A stretch of 64,000 nt of DNA from Nemertoderma westbladi (lineage: Eukaryota > Animalia > Xenacoelomorpha): NCBI GenBank assembly GCA_032718475.1, contig JAUCBJ010006816.1, positions 60,162 through 124,161 of the forward strand. The letters run 5' to 3'. Within the stretch, counting starts at the first letter, position 1. Every line of letters starts with the position of its first letter. Shown piece by piece: positions 1 through 8,656 of this stretch. The notes beneath the pieces were generated by a model. The model did no database searches and was not told the DNA's origin. It was given only the letters and a program-made list of their open reading frames with translations. The position numbers and the translations under genes are program-made.

Positions 1-1
1 G

Positions 2-3000
2 ACGGCCCACGAAAGAATGCAAACGGTCTTCGGCGAAGACAAGCAGAGCGACCCGGTGGCCATATTAACACCATTCGGGTGGACGCTGAGTGGTCCAATT
101 AAGAGCAAGATACCATTCAGGATGTCGGAGATATCAGGATGCATGTTCGCAGGAACAATGCAGGAAATGGGTGATGAGGGAGCAGAGGAGCAGCTTAAAA
201 GACTGCTCAGACAAGACTTTGAGGGACTGAAAGAGACCGGGGTCGGGACCTCGGTAGAAGACAAACAGGCTCTACGAAGCGTGGAGGAATCGATGACGTG
301 TGATGAGGGGCGGTATACAATAGGAATGGTATGGAAACTACCGAAGATACCGCTACCCGATAATAGAGGGATGGTACTCACGAGACTCCGCAAGCTGAAA
401 CAAACACTAAAACGGAGCCCCGAGAAGAACGAGTACATTCACAAAATGATTAAGAAGTACGTCGAGAAGGGATGGGCCGTGGAGTTACCGGTCGACGAAC
501 CGAACACGGACAGGACATACTACCTGCCACTCCACGTAGCTTTAGACCCAAAGAAAGGTAAACTTAGGATGGTAGTCGATGCATCGGCAAAGACCGACGG
601 AAAGTGCTTAAACGACTACCTACTAGAGGGCCCAAACATATACAATTCGGGCATAGAAGTACTACTTAGATTTAGGAATGGGAAACACGCCTTCACGTGC
701 GACATAGAAGGCATGTTCAACCAAGTCCGTGTAACAGAGGAAGACAGCGACAGTCAACGCTTCTTATGGTATAACGGCGAGGAAGAACCGCCTATAATAC
801 CGGCATATAAGATGGTAGTACAAAACATGGGGGCCAAGTCGTCCTCATTTACGACGACTATGGCAGTAAGAGACACGGTAAAGGGGAAGGAAGATATATA
901 TAGCAGTAGGGCCGTCGATATGATCCGACGCGGCTTCTACGTAGACGACGGTATGGAGTCTGGAAATATGGTTGAGGAGATACTGGAAACAGGGCGCGAG
1001 GTTCGCGACATCCTGAAAGGATCCGGCTTCAACCTGACCAAATTCCAATCCAGTTCAGAAGAATTTATCAAGGCAATAGAGGACAAGAAACCAGAATCGA
1101 CCATGGACAACCCTACAACAGCCAAAGGACAGGACATGGCGAATAAGAGAACACAATCGCAGCAAAAGGCATTGGGAATCGTGTGGGATAGAGGAACAGA
1201 CGAACTGAAGTATCAGCTGAGCCAAGAGGGCGCAGACACCCATACGAAGAGGGGTTATGTATCGTATATAGCAAGGATATACGATCCCCTAGGCCTAGCA
1301 TCCCCATTACTAGTCACGGGGAAACAGATACTCAAGAGAGTATATAAATTGAAGGATGAGTGGGACGTAGAGGTACCAGAGGACATTAAGAAACAGTGGA
1401 GCAAATGGACAGGAGACTTGGAAAGGATGGGAACATACAACATGCCGCGAGTGTATTTCCCGGACGGGAACATGACGAATCTGGACCTACATATGTTCTC
1501 CGACGCGTCGTTAGAGGCATACGGAGCGGCACTCTATTTAGTACAACGAGAGGGGGCTCACAAGCCCAGACTAGCCTTTAGTAAAGCTAAGTCAACGCCG
1601 CCAGATTCAGCATCTGTTCCCAAGTTAGAATTGACAGCTGCGAGACTAGGAGTTAGAGCCACAGCCTACCTAGTGGATACAATTCCCAACATAGTGGAGA
1701 CACACTACTGGACGGACTCCATGGTAGTGCTTGGTTGGCTACACAACGAAAAGACGAGATACCCAATATTCGTCGCGAATAGAGTGGACGAAATAAGGGC
1801 GAGCACAGAACTGGAAAGGTGGCACTACTGCCCAACAGACGAGAACCCAGCGGACTTGCTGTCGAGGGGCGTGGAACGCCACACTTTCTTAAAGAAGGAA
1901 GTATTGTGGCAACATGGGCCACAATTTCTGAGCGATAAAGAGGCCTGGCCGCCAATGAGAAAGGTGGAGCCGGGCTCAGAAGTGGTGTCAGAGGGAGAAG
2001 AGGGAGACTCGGAGGGAGAAGAGATATACTCCCAGATGGTGAGGGAGATTAGGGACGTGCAACCAAAGCAAGAACTACGCGATAACCCGACGGACAAACT
2101 CCTCAGCTACAGTTCTAGTTGGTACAAGACCAAGAAACTAGTGGCGTACTGGAGAGCCTTCGGGAATTTCCTCGCGGGAGTTAATAAGGAGAAGAAAACC
2201 AGGGAAACCATAGATCTGGAAGGAGCAGCCAAGGCAATAATCCGCCATGAACAACGGAAGAACTACGGCGACGAGGTGGAACGTGTCGGCAACCAACAGC
2301 ACCTCCGACGGGACAGCGAGTTGATTACGCTGTCGCCACAACTCAACGAGGATGGGATTCTAGTAATGAATTCTAGGGTGGGATATAACAACAGCATAGT
2401 CGTGCCACCGAAACCCATCATCATTCCCACAGGATCGCCTATAGTCCACCAGATCATATGGGACTCCCACAAATCGATACTGCATGGGGGCACCAACCGA
2501 ACCCTCACAGAGATAAGGAGGACCTATTGGGTCAAACAATTAAGGAAGAAGGTTAAAGCGGTAGTGGGGCAGTGCCAGACCTGCCGACGAGTGAAGAAGG
2601 AACGAGCCGTACAGGAGATGGCGCCACTACCGGCGAGTAGGGTAAGACAGCACGACCCGCCATTTACGCATTGCGGTGTGGACATGTTCGGGCCGATAAA
2701 GATCAAGGTGATGCGACACACGGAGAAACGCTACGGTATTATCTTCGTATGCAACAATACGCGGGCGGTAGGGATAGAACTCGCCCAAGATGCAACCGCA
2801 TCAGCATTCATTAACGCCTTAGAAAGGTTTAGGGACCGCAAAGGTGGGACGATCGCAGTGATATACAGCGACAACGGCACCAACTTTGTGGGCGCAGAGA
2901 GTGAGATGGCAGAAGCCTTGGACATCTTAGAAGGAGAAGAAGTCAGGGCGGCCATGAGAAGACGACAAGTAAAGTGGGAGAGAAGGACGCCGTATGCACC

Positions 3001-3577
3001 ACATACACTAGGATGCTTCGAGAGACTGGTGGGCAGTTCAAAGCGTCTAATGACGAAGTTAATGAACACCCACATGGTCACTGAAGACGTCTTACGGACA
3101 GTACTTGCGAAGTGCGAGGGGATCATTAATAGCAGACCGCTATACCCGGAGAATGATGACCCTGAGTCATTAGACGTGTTGACGCCTAGCCATTTTCTGA
3201 TGGAAAGGCCAGCGACCATCGATATGCGGGGTGTAGACCCAGATGATATACATTCCCGCCAGAGTTGGAAAGTCGCTAAAGCAATAAGCGCAGAGTATTG
3301 GAGGAGGTGGGTAGAAGAATACCTACCCACGCTCCATAAGCGAAGCAAGTGGAGGAAACCGAACAGGGAGTTAAAAGAGGGAGATCTCGTAATCGTCACG
3401 GATGATACTATCATCAACAACCAATGGCGGTTGGCGAGAGTTGTAGGCACCTACTCCGACGAGGACGGAAGAGTCCGATCGGTAGAAGTGCGAATAGGTG
3501 GAAAGATAGGTGCGAAGGACAGAAAAACTTACAGGAGAGCTGTAGGGAAATGCTGTCTTCTAGAAGGGGCACCTTAG
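2..3577 (+). CDS. pol: BEL/Pao Pol polyprotein, C-terminal part (end of protease region, RT, RNase H/Peptidase_A17, integrase, DUF5641)
   Basis: Motifs YYLPLH, LRMVVDAS, CDIEGMFNQV, FYVDD, YDPLG, FSDAS, PKLEL, WTDS, NPADLLSRG, H-x3-H..CQTC, GVDMFGP, SDNGTNF, FERLV and EYLPTL. The frame is open from base 2 with no stops. Confidence 0.96.
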   Translation, partial: TAHERMQTVFGEDKQSDPVAILTPFGWTLSGPIKSKIPFRMSEISGCMFAGTMQEMGDEGAEEQLKRLLRQDFEGLKETGVGTSVEDKQALRSVEESMTCDEGRYTIGMVWKLPKIPLPDNRGMVLTRLRKLKQTLKRSPEKNEYIHKMIKKYVEKGWAVELPVDEPNTDRTYYLPLHVALDPKKGKLRMVVDASAKTDGKCLNDYLLEGPNIYNSGIEVLLRFRNGKHAFTCDIEGMFNQVRVTEEDSDSQRFLWYNGEEEPPIIPAYKMVVQNMGAKSSSFTTTMAVRDTVKGKEDIYSSRAVDMIRRGFYVDDGMESGNMVEEILETGREVRDILKGSGFNLTKFQSSSEEFIKAIEDKKPESTMDNPTTAKGQDMANKRTQSQQKALGIVWDRGTDELKYQLSQEGADTHTKRGYVSYIARIYDPLGLASPLLVTGKQILKRVYKLKDEWDVEVPEDIKKQWSKWTGDLERMGTYNMPRVYFPDGNMTNLDLHMFSDASLEAYGAALYLVQREGAHKPRLAFSKAKSTPPDSASVPKLELTAARLGVRATAYLVDTIPNIVETHYWTDSMVVLGWLHNEKTRYPIFVANRVDEIRASTELERWHYCPTDENPADLLSRGVERHTFLKKEVLWQHGPQFLSDKEAWPPMRKVEPGSEVVSEGEEGDSEGEEIYSQMVREIRDVQPKQELRDNPTDKLLSYSSSWYKTKKLVAYWRAFGNFLAGVNKEKKTRETIDLEGAAKAIIRHEQRKNYGDEVERVGNQQHLRRDSELITLSPQLNEDGILVMNSRVGYNNSIVVPPKPIIIPTGSPIVHQIIWDSHKSILHGGTNRTLTEIRRTYWVKQLRKKVKAVVGQCQTCRRVKKERAVQEMAPLPASRVRQHDPPFTHCGVDMFGPIKIKVMRHTEKRYGIIFVCNNTRAVGIELAQDATASAFINALERFRDRKGGTIAVIYSDNGTNFVGAESEMAEALDILEGEEVRAAMRRRQVKWERRTPYAPHTLGCFERLVGSSKRLMTKLMNTHMVTEDVLRTVLAKCEGIINSRPLYPENDDPESLDVLTPSHFLMERPATIDMRGVDPDDIHSRQSWKVAKAISAEYWRRWVEEYLPTLHKRSKWRKPNRELKEGDLVIVTDDTIINNQWRLARVVGTYSDEDGRVRSVEVRIGGKIGAKDRKTYRRAVGKCCLLEGAP

Positions 3578-3685
3578 AAGTGGAGTTAGTGCGTAGTTTA
3601 GTCGTCCAAGTTTTGGACTGAGGGGGGTGGGATTGAGGGCGAGACGCCCTTCCCACACAAATAAAATAAAAATAAAATAAAAAAT

Positions 3686-4380
3686 AGTTAGTTAGTTAGT
3701 AGGTACGTAGTACCTAGAGTTAGTTAGTTAGTAGGTACGTAGTACCTAGAGTTAGTTAGTTAGTAGGTACGTAGTGCCTAGAGTTAGAGAGTTAGTAGGT
3801 ACGTAGTACCTAGAGTTAGAGAGTTAGTAGGTACGTAGTACCTAGAGTTAGTTAGTTAGTAGGTACGTAGTGCCTAGAGTTAGAGAGTTAGAGGGTACGT
3901 AGTACCGCCAGTTAGAGTTAGAGTTAGAGGGTACGTAGTACCGCTAGTTAGAGTTAGAGAGTTAGTAGGTACGTAGTACCTAGAGTTAGTTAGTTAGTAG
4001 GTACGTAGTACCTAGAGTTAGTTAGTTAGTAGGTACGTAGTGCCTAGAGTTAGAGAGTTAGTAGGTACGTAGTACCTAGAGTTAGAGAGTTAGTAGGTAC
4101 GTAGTGCCTAGAGTTAGAGAGTTAGTAGGTACGTAGTGCCTAGAGTTAGAGAGTTAGTAGGTACGTAGTACCTAGAGTTAGTTAGTTAGTAGGTACGTAG
4201 TGCCTAGAGTTAGAGAGTTAGAGGGTACGTAGTACCGCTAGTTAGAGTTAGAGTTAGAGGGTACGTAGTACCGCCAGTTAGAGTTAGAGTTAGAGGGTAC
4301 GTAGTACCGCTAGTTAGAGTTAGAGTTAGTAGGTACGTAGTACCGTTAGTTAGAGTTAGAGGGTACGCAGTACCATTAGT
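3686..4380 (+). repeat. Tandem array of 21 hairpin units (core TAGGTAC-GTA-GT(A/G)CCTA) with GTTAG/GTTAGA linkers, mostly 32-bp period
   Basis: GGTACG cores counted at about 3702, 3734, 3766 ... 4332, 4362; each core is a 5-7 bp stem with a 3-nt loop. Confidence 0.95.
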
Positions 4381-4869
4381 TAGAAGAGAGAGAGTAAGAG
4401 GTAAAAGGGGTAAATAGGATATAGATATTAGTTAGCAGTAAGTAGAGTTAGTAGCGAGAGGGGGGCATATGAGTACAGCTGGGTAAATCGTGTGGCCACA
4501 CGACGTATACTGCTGTACTGCATAGGCCCACAAAGTAGGCCAGAATATGGATTAGAGAATAGAATAATCCATAGGCAGTAATAGGTAGTAGGACAGTAGA
4601 ATTAAAATAAATAGAACAGGGCTGAAAGTTAGGAAATAGTGGCAACACAAGGGAAGTCGTTCTAGAACATAATAAAAGTAACGGACAGAAATTGTAAATT
4701 AGGCTCATTTACTAGCTTCAAAATTAATTAGGTTAAATTTAGGCTAAAAGGCGCAATTAAGTAGAAAGTAGGCCATTATCGAACCGTACGAAATATCTTA
4801 ATACATCACTCATCTGTATTGCGCCTTGGTAAGGCACCACCCTGCAGGTGAGCGAGTGTAGTGTTCGGA

Positions 4870-7404
4870 ATGGCGAGTAAGTTGATCAGGAAGAGGAAGG
4901 CGGAGTCAGGAGGAAAAGAAATACTGGTGGATTTCACCGAAAGACACCCGGAGGAGAAGACGAGAGGATACTACGAGAAGTTGGAAAGGGGTCACGCGGC
5001 ACGAGCGCTGCAGGACCACTTCCGGGAGATGCACGAGCAGCGGCTGGTCGGGACCTACGGAACGCCGTCGCTGGACAACGCGATCTTCCAACACTTCCAC
5101 TACGTGGTGAAAGGGGACAAGGCGAAGTTCGGGATTCCGAAGTATCCGAGGGAATCACCGAGGAAGGACTGGAAGAGGTTCATAGAGTCCGTCAACAGGG
5201 GAGGATATATGATCCTAGATGACGAGGGAACCGTGGAAGACGAAGCGGGTTCAAGACGAGGAACGGCAGGGTCGGCCAGGACCATACTCCTACATTTGGC
5301 CGCGCCAAATGGGGACATCTTCTTATTCGACCTAGGGACGTATGGGAAGAAGGACGGGCCGAAACTAGACCGATTACCGAAAGCGGTACAAGTCTTAGTA
5401 AGGGAGAAGTCGACGACGAAGGTGGGATCGGCGATTCGCGAGGACGCGGAGAGGATCATCGGTCCGGACGCCACCAACCTCCTGGATATGCAGAAAGTCT
5501 TTATGGCTATGACGGCACCGGATGGATTGGGGGTAGTCGAAAACACAGGCCAATGCGGGGCTGTGGCGATGGGCCAATTATTGGGGCTCGTATGCCACAA
5601 ACCGATGGACTGGGGAAAGTTTAGGGAAGAATACGGGGCAGAACTAGCGAACTCGCTGAAGTGGGGAGCGAGACCGGGAAAGCAGGAGGTATATCAGTTC
5701 CGCAGGGGAGCGATAAAGGTATATCAGAAGCGATATATCCTGCAGGAGGACTGGATGATGATAAGTTTGCTTAACTTATTCATGACCGTGGTTATCGAGA
5801 GGGAACCAGGGGCATTTCTGTTATCGGGATCACCCCTAAGCTACAGGAGAGCCTTTAAAGTGGCCTTTGACGGTCTGGTAGACCACCCAGGGCTGAAGGG
5901 CGAGTCGGTGTACTACAACAGCCGACATCTGGTAGACGGGGAGACAGATACACCGTATCAGAGATGGGAGCAGCTAGAGGCGGACAGACGAGAAGCAAAG
6001 CGACTGGAAGAAGTCGCTAGACGGGAGAGGATAGAAGCAGAGGAGAGGGAAGAGGAGGCCAGGGCACAGAGTTACGGCTTCGAGGAACAGGCGGGCCTAG
6101 ACGAACTTCATTGGACTTCGTCAGGGAGTTCGGGGGAGTCTCTAGGGCGAGAATTGGGATGGACGGTGGGATCGCCGAAACAGTCGACGTCGGGGTTGCA
6201 AACGATGCCCATACCAGCGGGCGCCGAGGGCGACCAACCGCCAAGGAAGCTAAGGGAGCTAGAGGGATGGAGAGCTACGGGCGAGAGCCAAGGCGGGAAG
6301 GGACATAGTGGATCCATCGGGATACCGGGGTTGGAAACACTACCAGAAGAGGAAGACGACGGCGACGAGTTCGGAGAGATGCCGCCCATCGAAAGGATAG
6401 GCCACTCGGACACGGACTGGGTTGGCGGAAGGGTGGTGACGGCCAGTGGGGCGAGGGCCTTCTGGAACAGATCCGGCAAGCGGACCTGGGTGCACGAGAA
6501 CCCGGCGATGGATTTCGCGGGGAGCACCATCAGGTTGGGCGAACAACCGGGGACGGCACCACGGATAGTGTTCGGGGAGACGATGCCCGAGAGGGGCGGA
6601 GAGATCGACGTAAACAGGGAGACCAACGTAGAGAAGTTCGCCTACCAGCGACTCCACAGACCGCGGAGATCGCTCGGGACGAAAGACGAGGTGGGACGGG
6701 AGACATTGGTACTCGGCTGCGACTACTGTGGGAGACAGACCCATCAGGAAAGCAGCTGCCTATACCGGTTCCAACGGGGAACCTTTTGTCTCTACTTTAG
6801 AGAACCAAGCCACAGGATGGGGGCGTGTCCACGGTTGCATAACCGATGTCCAAAGTGCCACTTTCGGGGACACTACGGGCGCGAGTGCGACTGGATGAGC
6901 GACGAGGAGAAGTTCACGAGATTCGAGGAGTGGGCGGACGTCGGGGCCATGACGCGCCAGCGCATGAAGGCCCAAGAATTCAAGTGGGGTTTCTTCCTCA
7001 TAAACCAGGAGACCCACATGGAAATCATAAAGCGAAGGTTACCGTTTACCTATCAAGAGGTAGCAACGGCGGCGTCGTTCGCCGGAGTTATGAACACGCA
7101 ACGGTACCTGGACAGGTGGACACCAGAGAACCGGAGGGAGTTTAGGGATTTCTTGGCGGAACACGTACCAAAGGCAATGAAAATGATCCTATGGGACGCC
7201 ACTCGAGGGAGACAACCGGGCCATTCTGAGGGGCCACCGGCGAAGCGATATCGGGCACTAATAACACCAGCGCCCAAGGAGCCAACGACCGGGATTAGCA
7301 AGGAAGTGGCGGTGAAGGTCCGAAAGCAGAAAGCGGATGATGCCAGAGGAACGGTGATAACCAAGAAACGGGCCAGGGAAGAGGACGTCAGGAGGAACAG
7401 ATAG
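4870..7404 (+). CDS. Extra ORF of BEL-1: DEDDy 3'-5' exonuclease-like domain (WRN/Mut-7/EXD-like), charged helix, disordered linker, CCHC zinc knuckles
   Basis: ExoI ILDDEG; LLHLAAPNGDIFLFDL; LPKAVQVLV..TTKVGSAIRED (ExoII); LLDMQ; ExoIII-like RYILQED; knuckles CDYCGRQTHQESSC and CPKCHFRGHYGREC. ATG at 4870 is in a good context (GGAATGG). The ORF is uninterrupted and has the same purine skew as pol. Confidence 0.8.
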   Translation: MASKLIRKRKAESGGKEILVDFTERHPEEKTRGYYEKLERGHAARALQDHFREMHEQRLVGTYGTPSLDNAIFQHFHYVVKGDKAKFGIPKYPRESPRKDWKRFIESVNRGGYMILDDEGTVEDEAGSRRGTAGSARTILLHLAAPNGDIFLFDLGTYGKKDGPKLDRLPKAVQVLVREKSTTKVGSAIREDAERIIGPDATNLLDMQKVFMAMTAPDGLGVVENTGQCGAVAMGQLLGLVCHKPMDWGKFREEYGAELANSLKWGARPGKQEVYQFRRGAIKVYQKRYILQEDWMMISLLNLFMTVVIEREPGAFLLSGSPLSYRRAFKVAFDGLVDHPGLKGESVYYNSRHLVDGETDTPYQRWEQLEADRREAKRLEEVARRERIEAEEREEEARAQSYGFEEQAGLDELHWTSSGSSGESLGRELGWTVGSPKQSTSGLQTMPIPAGAEGDQPPRKLRELEGWRATGESQGGKGHSGSIGIPGLETLPEEEDDGDEFGEMPPIERIGHSDTDWVGGRVVTASGARAFWNRSGKRTWVHENPAMDFAGSTIRLGEQPGTAPRIVFGETMPERGGEIDVNRETNVEKFAYQRLHRPRRSLGTKDEVGRETLVLGCDYCGRQTHQESSCLYRFQRGTFCLYFREPSHRMGACPRLHNRCPKCHFRGHYGRECDWMSDEEKFTRFEEWADVGAMTRQRMKAQEFKWGFFLINQETHMEIIKRRLPFTYQEVATAASFAGVMNTQRYLDRWTPENRREFRDFLAEHVPKAMKMILWDATRGRQPGHSEGPPAKRYRALITPAPKEPTTGISKEVAVKVRKQKADDARGTVITKKRAREEDVRRNR

Positions 7405-8100
7405 GTTCTCAGAGTCGAGGGAGTGAGACTGAGACGTGGTGTGCCTGGAAGGCGCCGCGTGGAACATACGAACTATTAAGTGTAAATTTAATTAATGCAA
7501 ATAATCATATAAGTGCAATTTGTATGTACGTACGTAGTAATTAGTAATCTAAAATACATACGTTTGGAGTAAGTACTATAGTCATACAACCTTTCTCAAT
7601 TAGCTACTGGGACTGGGGGATAAGTGACTATGGCACTATGGACGAGACAACTGACAATTTCACGCTTCTTGAGTGCGACGGCACGAGAGGGGGGGGAGGT
7701 TCGTCAGGAGAGATAAAATAGTCAAAGTGGAGTTGAGGATCGGAATAAGAGTGCGAAGTGCGGAGAGAGTGCGAACGCAATTCTAGTGTGGGGGGGGGGG
7801 AGAATAAGAGGCTGAGTGAGGGACGAGGAAGTCCGGGGGTATGAGAGAGTTAGGGTGAGAGTAGAGGGGAGATAGGGCGAAAGTGTTGGGGAAACAAAAG
7901 TCGCGTGAAGAGGTGAGCGCGATCGGCCCGACATGAGACGCCAGGCACACAGGGTAGCATTATCATACCCATAGGGGGCGGCCTGGAAAGCCGGCTCCAA
8001 GAGAAAAGAATTCCACCCCACACCCGATACTAGATCGGGATCCAGCGGGATTGTAGCGCACTTTTTGGTTGATGCTATCTTCTTACCGGGAAGATAGCAT

Positions 8101-8109
8101 GGGGGGGAG
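8101..8109 (+). other. Polypurine tract (PPT) of BEL-1
   Basis: GGGGGGGAG immediately before TGTTAG (LTR start). Confidence 0.85.
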
Positions 8110-8656
8110 TGTTAGCTTATTCAATCCCGCTAACACCCCATAAAGTTATAAGCCGATAAGCAATATTGGGAGCCACGAGATTGGGCAATTAACCAACTCG
8201 TGCCATCCCAATAAGAGTGGGAAGGAAGCACACAATAGAGGGTCAGGGGCCAAACCCCTAACCCAGAGAGAACAGGTGGAGTGAACGGGAACACTCCACG
8301 GGGCGCCAACAAGGGTAACAACCAATCAGAGGGGGGGCAAGGCATCGATTGAGTAGCAATAAGGCCACCGTGCAATATAACCAATAACCTATTAATCAGT
8401 GATTCAGTTATCTCAGTGCAGCAGTGCTAGCGTAGGTTGGTATTGTACTTTAGTTTAGTTAGGGGATCACGGGACTTTAGTTACCGTATCCCGCCTTGTA
8501 CACATTATATCTATATCTATATCCTATGCCCTATTATTATTATACACCGAACTTCAGAACTCAGTTACTTTATTTCATCCTTATACATGGCGGGGATGCG
8601 TGGACTAAATTACCACACCGGATAAATCGGGATCCCTCCTGGATCCCGTCACAACA
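8110..8656 (+). repeat. 3' LTR of BEL-1 (547 bp, TGTT...AACA)
   Basis: Follows the PPT and has inverted termini TGTT/AACA. Contains CCAATCA ~8322, TATA-like AATATAA ~8374 and TCAGT Inr-like motifs ~8396/8404. Host BEL-2A gag resumes at 8657. Confidence 0.85.

Larger units (their letters stand above)
1..8656 (+). mobile_element. BEL/Pao LTR retrotransposon 'BEL-1' (5' part outside window): pol, hairpin array, extra exonuclease-like ORF, PPT, 3' LTR; inserted into gag of BEL-2A
   Basis: The pol ORF has BEL domain order, followed by a PPT at 8101-8109 and a TG...CA LTR at 8110-8656. Sequence right after 8656 resumes BEL-2 gag, matching the reverse complement of ~54030-54075. Confidence 0.92.

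Noticed and set aside
3686-4380. CRISPR array
   Set aside because: Spacers are short and repetitive rather than unique, there are no cas genes, and the array lies inside a eukaryotic retrotransposon.
4870-7404. ORF2 as a viral envelope gene
   Set aside because: No signal peptide, TM anchor or glycoprotein cysteine pattern; its Cys/His residues form CCHC knuckles.
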